A stretch of DNA of 29,059 bases. It comes from a virus. A model generated the notes under the pieces. It did not search any database. It saw only the letters and a list, made by a program, of their open reading frames with translations, and was not told the origin of the DNA. Below are positions 1 to 8,128 of the stretch, piece by piece; positions within the stretch are counted from its first letter, which is position 1; every line of letters begins with the position of its first letter. The translations under genes and the position numbers were made by a program. Location of the stretch: IMG/VR virus record IMGVR_UViG_3300029568_000138, positions 1-29,059 of that record; one strand, given 5' to 3'.

Positions 1-99
1 TTTAGATAATCCCAATATTTTAAAAACTAAGGATACATTTTCAAATCTTGGAGAAAAAGCAAAAAAAGGATTACAAAATCTATTACGTGAAAACAAAAT
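1..99. repeat. Terminal overlap, copy 1. Bases 1-99 are identical to 28961-29059, so the genome is circular or circularly permuted with unique length 28960 bp.
   Basis: Base-by-base comparison of both ends (tttagataatcccaatatttt...cgtgaaaacaaaat). An open reading frame continues in frame through the repeat. Confidence 0.95.
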
Positions 100-937
100 T
101 AGAAAAGCTAAAGAAACAAGAATATTAAAAAAATCTGAAAAAGAATTAGATTTAAGTTCATTTGTAAACAGACAAAAAAAATTAATTGAAAAAAAAGCAG
201 GTAAACAGGATTTATATACTGAGCAAGAAAAAATTGATGTAAAAGAAATTTTAGATAGAGTTCAAGGAGAGCGAAATCCAGTTGGGTTAAGACAAATTAT
301 GGATGAAATTGATTCTAAACGCGGACTATATAAAGACCCATTAACACGAGCACAAAGAACAGGGAAAGGCGACTCAAAATTAAAAGAAATTAGTAAAAAA
401 ATTAGATCGCGATTAAAAACAGATATTTCAGGCGTTGCTGATATTAGAGAACAATCTAAAGAAGTTATTGAATTAAAAGAAATACTTGGTAAAAAATTAG
501 CAAAAACAAAAGATGCAGGAAAACTGTTGAGTAGAAAACAGGATGCAGTAACCACAGAAGCACTTGAAAAATTAGATGACATGTTACCAGAATCAGAAAA
601 ATTTCTAGATAAGGCTGAAAACATAAGAATTAAAGAGCAGTTTAGTGAAGTTTTTCCTGGACGTGGTGGTGGCAGTGGTAGTGTTGAGGGGATTGCTAAT
701 TTATTACGTGTAGGATTAGGGGTAACAACAGGTGGAGCAGCATTACCATTAACAAGTCCAGTAATACAAAGAACTGCAATAGGTGCATTGCCTGGAATTA
801 CTAAAGCAATACAAATAGCAGCCAAGCCAATCCCAAAAATTGCAGCTAGGGCAGTAACACCAATACAACGTGAAGAATCAGGGCAACTTACACCACAAAC
901 AACAGAACAAATTAAAGAAGAAAGGAGAATAAAATAA
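2..937 (+). CDS. C-terminal part of the same junction-spanning internal virion/ejection protein.
   Basis: Frame 2 is open from base 2 (LDNPNILKTKDTF...), upstream of the Met at 299 given in the ORF track. It is in phase with the ORF that starts at 28455 once the 99-bp overlap is collapsed. The C-terminal part is Gly-rich and hydrophobic (GGGSGSVEGIANLLRVGLGVTTGGAALPL). The stop at 935-937 overlaps the next ATG. Confidence 0.75.
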   Translation, partial: LDNPNILKTKDTFSNLGEKAKKGLQNLLRENKIRKAKETRILKKSEKELDLSSFVNRQKKLIEKKAGKQDLYTEQEKIDVKEILDRVQGERNPVGLRQIMDEIDSKRGLYKDPLTRAQRTGKGDSKLKEISKKIRSRLKTDISGVADIREQSKEVIELKEILGKKLAKTKDAGKLLSRKQDAVTTEALEKLDDMLPESEKFLDKAENIRIKEQFSEVFPGRGGGSGSVEGIANLLRVGLGVTTGGAALPLTSPVIQRTAIGALPGITKAIQIAAKPIPKIAARAVTPIQREESGQLTPQTTEQIKEERRIK

Positions 938-3333
938 TGGGAGTACCAACAACAGGTGATTTCAATAAGTGGGATGGAAGCAAGTTTACAAATACCGACT
1001 GGGATCAGAACGTAGATAAAACAGTCGAGATTTTAGCCAACGGTAATTATGATTTAAATGTAAATCAAATTACAGCGTCAAATTATGTCGGAGTACCTAC
1101 TGATATGAACGTTGAAAACGGTTATTTATATGTATCGGGAGCCGGTAACTTTGAGACGGAACAATCGGCAACACCTGGACAGTCAGTTTTAGTAGATACA
1201 ACCGGTGGATCAACAATAAAAGGTAATGACGGTAGTACACACGTTAGTACAGCAGTTAGTAAAACGACTGTGGCATTGCCAGCAAGTGATGCTAGTAATC
1301 CACGTTGGGATTTAGTTGAATTTGATGCGAGCGCTGGGACGTTTAATGTTAACCAAGGTACGGCATCGGCTAACCCTACGTATCCAACATTAGCGGCAAA
1401 CAAAGACGCAATCGCTTTTGTGTATAGAAAAGCTTCAACCGCTGGGAATACTGTATACAACCGCGATATTTTAGATGCGCGTGTTTCTATTAAAAACAAA
1501 ACGGTTGACGGGCATTTTAAAACGAATTTTAGTATCGATCAAAAAGAAGATACAGAACCAAGTGAAATGTATACGCAGCAAGCGTTTCAGCAAATACCTT
1601 TTAATACTAAGTTCGATTATGTGCAACCGGAAAAAACACGTTTACAAGTAGTGGAAACAGTTGTTGTTCCTGCATCACCAGTGAACGGTGAAATTGTCTA
1701 TACAGGAACATGGAACGAAGCCGAGTCTGCGGATTATTCTTACGGGGTTATACGAGCAAGCTCAACATCCAGCGAAGGTACAGCAACATTAAGTTTCACA
1801 GGTGTCAGTTGTAGCGTTTCATTATATGAAACATCAGATCCACAAGCAACATTTTACGCTGAATTAAGCAGCGATGGTGGCAGCACATGGAGTAACAGAA
1901 AAACAATTGCTTCAAATAGTATTGCTAACGGTGTAGCAGGCTCGATTTACAGTTTGTACCAGGGTCTCGAATACGGCGATTACAAAGTAAGAATAACAAA
2001 CAAAGTGGTCGGATCGACATATATTTCGATTGAGTCTTTCCAGTATGGGACTTATTTAGTTCAAGTTCCAATTACACAAAAAGCGCACAAAATGGAAAGC
2101 GCATCGTCACTAGCGGATGTGCCACCCATGACAACATTATTAGATACGGCAGGCGGTTCAAGTAGTATAGTAACATTTTCAAATTCTGTATGGAACGGCA
2201 CCTTTACGCAATTTAATAACAACAACCAAACCATCGAATTACAGTTTTATGGCGATAAGATTTTTGTTAACGTATTTGTTAATAGTGGTTATAACGCAAC
2301 AATTTCAGTAGAAATCGATGGTGTTACTACTAATGTTAAATCAGCAAGCATTACATTGCCGAGTTATAACGAATGTTACAGGCCGCTTTGGGTTCGATTG
2401 GATGACGGGAACTTATCAGAAGGCAAACACACCTGTAAAATTACAACTACAAGCACAGCGGCGGGGGTATTTACTTTTATGGGGTGGGCTACTTATTCAA
2501 GTAAAGCACCGACAACCTGTGCTAGATCATTAATCTGTGGCAAAGATAGTTATGCAGTTGGCGTTGACGACAGTGGATTTACATTTACCGGTTCTGGGTG
2601 GGGGAGAGCGCACGAAACGCAATCATTTAGCGGTCGGTACATTGCGACGAAAACTCAAACAGATTATATGACAATTACAACGCCAACGAATGTCAAAGCC
2701 ATATACTTGATTACGACGATAGGAACTACACGTGGTGAATCTAAAATTAGCTTAGGTGGCGCATCCTCGAACGTTAGATACATTAACACAGATACGTATA
2801 ATGTGATGCAAGGATCTTCAATTCAGCCACTATATGATGCGTACATGGACGGCATTAGTTTAGATTCGCAGGAGTTGCGAATCACTAACAATAGTACTAA
2901 TTATACTGTAGTGGAAGGCATTATATTTGAGTGTGGTGAACCTGTAGAAGCTGACTATATTAATTGTATGCCTAAGTGGACACGGTATAACTATTCTATA
3001 TATTATAGACCCCCTGTAACAACATCACAACGCATTGACGTATACGGCTCTAAATCAGACGGGTCAGAAGGAACAAAACCAGTGGTTCATAGTGGTTTCT
3101 GTTATGCTAGTTCAACATTACCCATTTATTACAGACATGGGCTTAATGTAACGATGGAAGATTACACAGCGGATGTGTGGGATACTGGAGCTAATACATA
3201 TGCTTATCCATACGCACTTACTGACCAAGAAAGTTACATCAACCAAGAGGGAGATGCAGGACTCATGAAGCTAGAAGGAATAACAGGTGATCAATACAAA
3301 AAAGCAGTAATGCATATAAGGAGGGTAATATAG
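937..3333 (+). CDS. Tail spike / receptor-binding tail protein (798 aa).
   Basis: AGGAG lies about 9 nt upstream and the start overlaps the upstream stop as TAATG. It is the largest ORF, has a Ser/Thr/Asn/Gly-rich beta-type composition and sits at the distal end of the virion module. No specific catalytic motif was recognised. Confidence 0.55.
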   Translation: MGVPTTGDFNKWDGSKFTNTDWDQNVDKTVEILANGNYDLNVNQITASNYVGVPTDMNVENGYLYVSGAGNFETEQSATPGQSVLVDTTGGSTIKGNDGSTHVSTAVSKTTVALPASDASNPRWDLVEFDASAGTFNVNQGTASANPTYPTLAANKDAIAFVYRKASTAGNTVYNRDILDARVSIKNKTVDGHFKTNFSIDQKEDTEPSEMYTQQAFQQIPFNTKFDYVQPEKTRLQVVETVVVPASPVNGEIVYTGTWNEAESADYSYGVIRASSTSSEGTATLSFTGVSCSVSLYETSDPQATFYAELSSDGGSTWSNRKTIASNSIANGVAGSIYSLYQGLEYGDYKVRITNKVVGSTYISIESFQYGTYLVQVPITQKAHKMESASSLADVPPMTTLLDTAGGSSSIVTFSNSVWNGTFTQFNNNNQTIELQFYGDKIFVNVFVNSGYNATISVEIDGVTTNVKSASITLPSYNECYRPLWVRLDDGNLSEGKHTCKITTTSTAAGVFTFMGWATYSSKAPTTCARSLICGKDSYAVGVDDSGFTFTGSGWGRAHETQSFSGRYIATKTQTDYMTITTPTNVKAIYLITTIGTTRGESKISLGGASSNVRYINTDTYNVMQGSSIQPLYDAYMDGISLDSQELRITNNSTNYTVVEGIIFECGEPVEADYINCMPKWTRYNYSIYYRPPVTTSQRIDVYGSKSDGSEGTKPVVHSGFCYASSTLPIYYRHGLNVTMEDYTADVWDTGANTYAYPYALTDQESYINQEGDAGLMKLEGITGDQYKKAVMHIRRVI

Positions 3334-3707
3334 TGTACAACTACTATAAAAATACACAATTAACAGAAAAGTGGGTTAAATCAATGCCAAGGGAGTTTAG
3401 GTATGGTGAAACGCACAGAATAGAGGTTGTTAATGATGAAGAGGATAACGACACACGCTTAGATAACACGTTAACGGATTTAGATGAGGCCATTGAATAT
3501 TACAAAAACACAGACGAAAATGAATACAAGAGATGTGTATGCATGAAAGAGGGTTCAGACGATTACATTAAATACAGGAAAGAAGAATACGGCAGTATTG
3601 AACAGCAAATTGAATTCATAACCGAGCATGGGTTGGACGCATGGCAAACTCGAGTTCAAGAAATTAAGCTAGAATATCCTAAGCCTGAACAGCATGGAAG
3701 TTTTTAA
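3333..3707 (+). CDS. Hypothetical acidic protein (124 aa, GTG start).
   Basis: AGGAGGG lies 7 nt upstream of the GTG, directly after the stop of the upstream gene. Confidence 0.5.
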   Translation: MYNYYKNTQLTEKWVKSMPREFRYGETHRIEVVNDEEDNDTRLDNTLTDLDEAIEYYKNTDENEYKRCVCMKEGSDDYIKYRKEEYGSIEQQIEFITEHGLDAWQTRVQEIKLEYPKPEQHGSF

Positions 3708-4086
3708 TTTAATTGAATTAATTAATAGTTCGGGAATTAGTGGGAATCTGTTGTATTCACTTATTTTATTTGTGTTATTGTATTTGATAGCAAGCAAACT
3801 CTTTGTAAGATACGATAAATATAATTTAAAAATTATGGAAATGAATAATGACATACATAATATTCAGACTCAAACCATATCACGCGTGAACAGAGTTGAA
3901 CATCAAGTCGAGAAAATTGAAGCTTTGGTAAAAGAGGTCGCGCACACGGTCAATAATCAACACAAGATGATAAACGATGCATTACAAAATATTAGAACGG
4001 AACACAACGAAGCGTTAAAAAATATTCGTGACGAATACAAACAGATTAACACAAGATTATCGCATTTAGAGGGTAAAATTCAGTAG
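3694..4086 (+). CDS. Membrane-anchored coiled-coil protein with i-spanin/Rz-like topology; function unknown.
   Basis: One N-terminal TM segment (LLYSLILFVLLYLIASKLFV) is followed by heptad-like repeats (NIRTEHNEALKNIRDEYKQINTRL). No SD was seen. No embedded lipobox ORF was found, so a spanin assignment is unproven. Confidence 0.4.
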   Translation: MEVFNLIELINSSGISGNLLYSLILFVLLYLIASKLFVRYDKYNLKIMEMNNDIHNIQTQTISRVNRVEHQVEKIEALVKEVAHTVNNQHKMINDALQNIRTEHNEALKNIRDEYKQINTRLSHLEGKIQ

Positions 4087-4371
4087 TTTATTTTTTGTTA
4101 AGATATCTACTAAATCATTGGCGGTTCCCCATCCACAGACACCGCCAGCCTCAGCGACATTTTTTAAAAATGCATGTTGCAAAAGTGTTGGTTTTTTTTT
4201 ATGAGCCTTCACTTCAAAAGCGAAAAAAATTCCGTCATTGGTGTATCCCAAGATGTCGCTTGAACCAGCATACCCAAATTTAACAACGCGCTGTCCACGA
4301 TTCGAATCATACTTAGCCATCCCAACGTTGTTTCGCCATGCAGTCACACTAGCCGACGCAAGAATAGTCAA
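4066..4371 (-). CDS. VRR-NUC family nuclease (Holliday-junction-resolvase-like fold).
   Basis: Carries a D...E-x-K type motif in the usual context (GSSDILGY...FFAFEVKA...KPTLLQHAFL...AGG). The start is uncertain: TTG at 4371 with in-frame GTG and ATG downstream, and no SD. Confidence 0.6.
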   Translation of the reverse strand: MTILASASVTAWRNNVGMAKYDSNRGQRVVKFGYAGSSDILGYTNDGIFFAFEVKAHKKKPTLLQHAFLKNVAEAGGVCGWGTANDLVDILTKNKLLNFTL

Positions 4372-4420
4372 GCATCGTTGCAGTTATTGGGCTTCCGATA
4401 GATGCTTGTTGAGTTCATCG

Positions 4421-4801
4421 TTAATCTTCATCTCCATCTCCATCTATTTTTATATTTTTTACACACAAATCTACAATTTGTTCGTGTCTTTTTTTTGCTT
4501 CATCAATACAGTAATAACGTTCCTGATAAATGTCATTGATGCCTCCAAAAACCATTGTTTCATATATAAGTGGCCTTTTTTTTATTTGCATAGGCGAAGA
4601 AAGGCTAAAATGATCGTGACAAAAGGTTAAAAAAATAGTGCTGATATTTATTTTTGTATTGTTAACATTTATTTTAGAGTTTTGTATCTGCCGTCTATCG
4701 TAGCCATATTTATCACATATTTTTTGATATTCATCAAAACCAATACAGGGTATCAATTCATCTTCATTGGTTAAAAAATAATAAGGTAATCTATTAATCA
4801 T
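4421..4801 (-). CDS. Hypothetical protein (126 aa).
   Basis: ATG start overlaps the upstream stop as ATGA. The gene sits inside the tightly packed leftward operon. Confidence 0.55.
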   Translation of the reverse strand: MINRLPYYFLTNEDELIPCIGFDEYQKICDKYGYDRRQIQNSKINVNNTKINISTIFLTFCHDHFSLSSPMQIKKRPLIYETMVFGGINDIYQERYYCIDEAKKRHEQIVDLCVKNIKIDGDGDED

Positions 4802-4941
4802 TTTTTGAGTGTATAACTAACAGATTGAGCGTCATACTCACCTATATCATCAATAAGGTATTTAGTCATCGTCAGTAGCCGTTTAATAATCTGACTCCTG
4901 TTTTTACCGCTGATTTTCATCTCTAAGGTCATCTTATCCAT
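4798..4941 (-). CDS. Small hypothetical protein (47 aa), below the ORF-track size cut-off.
   Basis: Manual translation gives MDKMTLEMKISGKNRSQIIKRLLTMTKYLIDDIGEYDAQSVSYTLKK. Its stop overlaps the next ATG as ATGA. Confidence 0.4.
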   Translation of the reverse strand: MDKMTLEMKISGKNRSQIIKRLLTMTKYLIDDIGEYDAQSVSYTLKK

Positions 4942-5009
4942 ACGTATTTCGCTTTCTGTTTAACAATCTTACACCAACTAATGCCATTATAGCCATAGCC
5001 AATAAATAT

Positions 5010-5438
5010 TTAATTCTGGGCAAAAATAACATCGAGTTCTTCATCCTTTGCGCCATTTTGCAGGTATTGTTTAATTTTTTTTGTCATATCTATGTGCATA
5101 GCACGTTTTTTTTCTTTTTCTTGTTTCGGCATTGCCAGTGTGTGCTTTGCCGGTGAAATGTAAGATTCAGACTTCACTAAACGTAATAAATCTTTAATTT
5201 CTGGAAGTATTGGCATACGGGGTACTGTTTTTTGAAAATCTGAATAATAGTTGCGTTCATACAACCGAGTAAACAGCTTTTTTAGCGTGTCATTGGATTC
5301 ATCTTTTAATGCATTCCAAAAATTTTCAATCATGTGTTGATTCACTTTTAAATTTCTGTCATGAAACATTTTTGTAAAACTCATCCGTACTCTGTTTTCT
5401 TTGTTCATACTTTCCCTTTCAAAATGGCTTAAAATCAT
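5010..5438 (-). CDS. Hypothetical protein (142 aa; alternative start ATG 5408 preceded by AAGGGAAAG).
   Basis: Long ORF in the operon. No motif recognised. Confidence 0.55.
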   Translation of the reverse strand: MILSHFERESMNKENRVRMSFTKMFHDRNLKVNQHMIENFWNALKDESNDTLKKLFTRLYERNYYSDFQKTVPRMPILPEIKDLLRLVKSESYISPAKHTLAMPKQEKEKKRAMHIDMTKKIKQYLQNGAKDEELDVIFAQN

Positions 5439-6222
5439 TTGGGTTTATAACCCCATTGCCCTCGACTAAGGCATTGCTTAATTGTTGTTGCATTAATCGC
5501 TCATTGTGTTCGGCGACGGTCTCATATTTTGGTTTTCCATTTTCTTTTGTCGCTTTAAGTAGCCAGCTTCTTAGTGCCTTATAATGGCTTTTGTATTTTT
5601 TTGGATGGTCCTCAAGATAACCATCCAATTGCATAATCTGGGTATGCACTGTCTGGGTGTTATAGTCACTTATCAGTTTTTCATATTGTTTCTGTTCCAG
5701 TTGGACGTTGTCACAATCTGTTATGCCCACAATATTTAAATTTAAAAAACTTTTTTTTGTATTTATATTTTTTTTATATTCATCATTACTATTTATTATT
5801 ACTTCTTTATTTATATAGTTGTGCGATTTTCCCACTTCTTGATGTGGGATTTTCCCATTACTAGATGTGGGATTTTCCCACTTCTTGTTTGTGGATTTTT
5901 CCACTTGTTTTTCTAAAAGGGTATATAAAACTTCCAAATCAATGGTGTACCAGTTTTTACATGGATTGCCTCTTCTTTCAATTTTTAAGATGCCTTTATT
6001 TTTTAGCGTCTTTTTAATTGATCTTTGCTCGTCCGTAGACAACCCAGTTTCAAACTCGAATTGCTCAATAGTATGTGCAAACCAACCATCGTATTTTGTG
6101 TGGCGTTGCCAGTGTAAACACTGGCTTAAAAATAACGCACAATTAGTATTCATAACCCGTAAAAACGGCCTGTGAAATACAATAGGTTTGTCGAGTAAAG
6201 TTAATAAAATATCCAAGTTCAT
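5419..6222 (-). CDS. Replication initiator / replisome organizer (N-terminal winged-helix, C-terminal DnaD-like region).
   Basis: The N-terminal region (...LSTDEQRSIKKTLKNKGILKIERRG) resembles phage replisome-organizer wHTH domains. The C-terminus carries a motif resembling DnaD-like C-termini (KSHYKALRSWLLKA). The iteron array and AT-rich block lie in the low-complexity linker, as in lambda O. Confidence 0.6.
   Translation of the reverse strand: MNLDILLTLLDKPIVFHRPFLRVMNTNCALFLSQCLHWQRHTKYDGWFAHTIEQFEFETGLSTDEQRSIKKTLKNKGILKIERRGNPCKNWYTIDLEVLYTLLEKQVEKSTNKKWENPTSSNGKIPHQEVGKSHNYINKEVIINSNDEYKKNINTKKSFLNLNIVGITDCDNVQLEQKQYEKLISDYNTQTVHTQIMQLDGYLEDHPKKYKSHYKALRSWLLKATKENGKPKYETVAEHNERLMQQQLSNALVEGNGVINPNDFKPF
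5731..5820. promoter_or_regulatory. AT-rich block flanking the iterons (putative DNA-unwinding element).
   Basis: About 90 bp consists almost entirely of A/T (aatatttaaatttaaaaaacttttttttgtatttatattttttttatatt...) and directly abuts iteron 1. Confidence 0.55.
5821..5904. repeat. Iteron array (putative origin of replication): four copies of GTGGGATTTTCCCAC-like sites spaced 23, 23 and 24 bp.
   Basis: Copies lie at 5821-5835 (gtgcgattttcccac), 5844-5858 (gtgggattttcccat), 5867-5881 (gtgggattttcccac) and 5891-5904 (gtggatttttccac). Each has inverted arms GTGGGA/TCCCAC. Confidence 0.75.
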
Positions 6223-6920
6223 AACTCATCACTAACGAAGTCAGCTTGAGAAAGCATGATTTCTTGAATTTTTCTGTACCAGACTCGTAATTGAGCAACG
6301 CTTGGGTTACGTCCGTGAACTGTTAGATTATTGATGTCGTCACAGTATGTGTTACGTTCTGGCCAAAAAGTCGCTTTCTTTAGAATTTCTCGTTTCTGAT
6401 CAGGTGAATGGCTTTTGAACAAATCATGAATTGCTCTTTTTCCTTTCTCAAGGTCTTCCTGTGAATCTTTTGGTTTATCTACTTTTTTGTATTCTGTTTT
6501 TGGTTGCTCTGATTGTGTACTGGACGCTTGACCATGTGTGTTAGTTGAATCAGCGTCTTTGGTATCATCAATGCAAAAAAGGCCGTTTAAGGCATATTTA
6601 CGTGCGTAGCTTGATGTTGATCCAGTGATTTGAGAATCATCCATGCCTTTTTTAGTTTGTGACTCCCTAGCGATACCAGTCGCGCTAACTGATTCTTTGC
6701 CATCGCTTATTGTTGCAGTGGCTTTTATGTAATACCTATCACCAACCAGAATTATTTCATCAGTTAATATTAGCGTGTAACCGTTAAGATGTGGCTTTAA
6801 TGCCTCTAGAATATCCTCACATGATCTGTATTTGTAATTTCCAAAGTTGTTCGTTTGTCCTTTTGGGGCTTTTAATTCACGCTGAATCATCGCCAACCCT
6901 TCATAGATTGATTTACTCAT
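6219..6920 (-). CDS. erf: ERF-family single-strand annealing recombinase.
   Basis: The N-terminal pattern (QRELKAPKGQTNNFGNYKYRSCEDILEALKPHLNGYTL) and the GSTSSYARKYALNGLFCI motif are typical of ERF proteins. GAGGT lies 8 nt upstream of the ATG. Confidence 0.7.
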   Translation of the reverse strand: MSKSIYEGLAMIQRELKAPKGQTNNFGNYKYRSCEDILEALKPHLNGYTLILTDEIILVGDRYYIKATATISDGKESVSATGIARESQTKKGMDDSQITGSTSSYARKYALNGLFCIDDTKDADSTNTHGQASSTQSEQPKTEYKKVDKPKDSQEDLEKGKRAIHDLFKSHSPDQKREILKKATFWPERNTYCDDINNLTVHGRNPSVAQLRVWYRKIQEIMLSQADFVSDEL

Positions 6921-7218
6921 TGGTTTCTACCTCGATTTTTATTTTGTAATCTTCATCGCAGTAATTCTCGTACATGTCCGGGTGCTCCCTTTTAAATCGA
7001 GCCAAATTAAATTTTGATTTTCGTTCGAGTTTTAGGACATGATTGCATGTATGCATCGTGTTTTCGTGCATTCGACACATGAACGGTATTAATGCCTGTC
7101 GACGGTCCGATATTTCTTGCCTTAACCAGTCGACCGCTCTCAGAGCTTCTTGATAATGCGTGTGTAATCCTATCAATTGCCTGGCACTCTTTTGAACTCT
7201 ATTAACTGGCGATTTCAA
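6913..7218 (-). CDS. Hypothetical protein (101 aa, TTG start).
   Basis: The ORF overlaps erf by 8 nt. The TTG start overlaps the upstream TGA. Confidence 0.45.
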   Translation of the reverse strand: MKSPVNRVQKSARQLIGLHTHYQEALRAVDWLRQEISDRRQALIPFMCRMHENTMHTCNHVLKLERKSKFNLARFKREHPDMYENYCDEDYKIKIEVETNE

Positions 7219-7355
7219 AATGGCACCTCATTCATATTAATTTTTCTTACATTAGTGGAGCTATCACGCCGCACATATTCGTGCCCGTCATCGCACACAA
7301 TAACGTCATATTGGTATAATTCACAACCGGCAGTATAGCGATCTATTATTTTCAT
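7215..7355 (-). CDS. Micro-ORF, 46 aa.
   Basis: Manual translation gives MKIIDRYTAGCELYQYDVIVCDDGHEYVRRDSSTNVRKINMNEVPF. It overlaps the upstream ORF as ATGA. Confidence 0.35.
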   Translation of the reverse strand: MKIIDRYTAGCELYQYDVIVCDDGHEYVRRDSSTNVRKINMNEVPF

Positions 7356-7465
7356 GAGTTAGCCTTTAATTTCGTGATATAAGTGTCTAGTGTGTTCTGC
7401 AATTGATTTTCGATATCACACATATCGTTATCAAAATTTATTGATTTAAAATGATTAATCAACAT
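7352..7465 (-). CDS. Micro-ORF, 37 aa.
   Basis: Manual translation gives MLINHFKSINFDNDMCDIENQLQNTLDTYITKLKANS. It overlaps neighbours at both ends. Confidence 0.3.
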   Translation of the reverse strand: MLINHFKSINFDNDMCDIENQLQNTLDTYITKLKANS

Positions 7466-7575
7466 GTGCATTCCCCCGTAAAATTGCACTGGCAGTCATA
7501 GTAAATCCGTGTCTGGTGATCTAAGAATTGATCGTACTTAATATCTTGATTTATTTTTTGTTGAGTGTTAAACAT
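7459..7575 (-). CDS. Micro-ORF, 38 aa, Cys-rich C-terminus.
   Basis: Manual translation gives MFNTQQKINQDIKYDQFLDHQTRIYYDCQCNFTGECTC. A weak AAGGA lies upstream. Confidence 0.3.
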   Translation of the reverse strand: MFNTQQKINQDIKYDQFLDHQTRIYYDCQCNFTGECTC

Positions 7576-7628
7576 TAAATTATCCTTTTAAATATTTGTA
7601 ATTTTGAGTGGTTGCCAATATTTAGTTT

Positions 7629-7657
7629 GCAGTCGATTGTGTGGGGCAATCGGCTGC
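7629..7657. other. Stem-loop with 11-bp arms (GCAGTCGATTG / CAATCGGCTGC, one non-Watson-Crick pair) 8 nt past the stop of the 59-aa ORF.
   Basis: Inverted repeat read directly. No U-tract follows on the minus strand, so a terminator role is uncertain. Confidence 0.35.
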
Positions 7658-7664
7658 GGTAAGA

Positions 7665-7844
7665 CTAATCACCACAATCGATGCCAGCCTGTTTTAATAC
7701 TTGCAGATATAGCCCGGAGGGTTTTCGCCCACTAGCCCACAATTTGAAGTTTCGATCCTGAATCGTCGTATTAAGCGTTTTAATGGCATGTTTGTTGACC
7801 ATCAGTTTTATATCCGGTTCAGCGACTCTTTTAATTGGTATCAT
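7665..7844 (-). CDS. Small basic protein, 59 aa; possible regulator.
   Basis: AAGGAG lies 7 nt upstream of the ATG. Manual translation gives MIPIKRVAEPDIKLMVNKHAIKTLNTTIQDRNFKLWASGRKPSGLYLQVLKQAGIDCGD. The gene lies directly downstream of the 35-bp palindrome. Confidence 0.5.
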   Translation of the reverse strand: MIPIKRVAEPDIKLMVNKHAIKTLNTTIQDRNFKLWASGRKPSGLYLQVLKQAGIDCGD

Positions 7845-7878
7845 TTTTTTCTCCTTTCGTTAATATATACTGTAACAT

Positions 7879-7913
7879 ATATATATCATATGTGCAACAC
7901 ATATGATATATAT
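7879..7913. promoter_or_regulatory. 35-bp perfect palindrome (16-bp arms ATATATATCATATGTG / CACATATGATATATAT, 3-nt spacer CAA).
   Basis: Read directly from the sequence. It is intergenic, between the stop of 7913..8128 and the RBS of 7665..7844. Confidence 0.6.
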
Positions 7914-8128
7914 TAATAAGGTAAAAAAGCCTTAATCATGCTATCACAAAAATTTCTATAGAATTCGTAATTTACTGACATATATGTATGCGTTAAAGCG
8001 AATATAAAAACAAAAATTAATAATATAATATCCGATTTCTTAATGCGGTCTTGTTTGTAATATCCAATTATTTTTTCTTTAAATTCTTTCAAAAGAGTTT
8101 TGATATTATCAAAATTATTATATAACAT
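7913..8128 (-). CDS. Small membrane protein (71 aa).
   Basis: One hydrophobic segment (IILLIFVFIFALTHTY). AAGGA lies upstream. Confidence 0.45.
   Translation of the reverse strand: MLYNNFDNIKTLLKEFKEKIIGYYKQDRIKKSDIILLIFVFIFALTHTYMSVNYEFYRNFCDSMIKAFLPY

Noticed and set aside
262-825. 187-aa minus-strand ORF antisense to the junction-spanning virion gene.
   Set aside because: It lies entirely inside a better-supported plus-strand gene, has a low-complexity Ser/Pro/Ile composition and no RBS. It is a shadow ORF.
1122-2533. ORFs 1122..1499 (-) and 2318..2533 (+) inside the 798-aa tail protein gene.
   Set aside because: They are nested in or antisense to a long, well-initiated gene and have no independent start signals.
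4468-4477. 10-mer AAATCTACAA identical to the start of recombinase site A.
   Set aside because: It lies inside a coding region, similarity stops after 10 nt, and a match of that length is expected by chance in a 29-kb AT-rich genome.
4095-4630. Plus-strand ORFs 4095..4283 and 4238..4630.
   Set aside because: They are antisense to the VRR-NUC gene and the 126-aa gene, which carry recognisable motifs and operon coupling.
5867-6175. 102-aa plus-strand ORF inside the replication initiator gene.
   Set aside because: It is antisense to a gene with recognisable domains. The iteron repeats create the open frame.
7644-7653. GC-rich 10-mer GGGCAATCGG shared with 11005-11014.
   Set aside because: It is a single short match with no shared context. 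One copy is in a hairpin loop and arm, the other inside a coding region. This is not enough for a functional claim.
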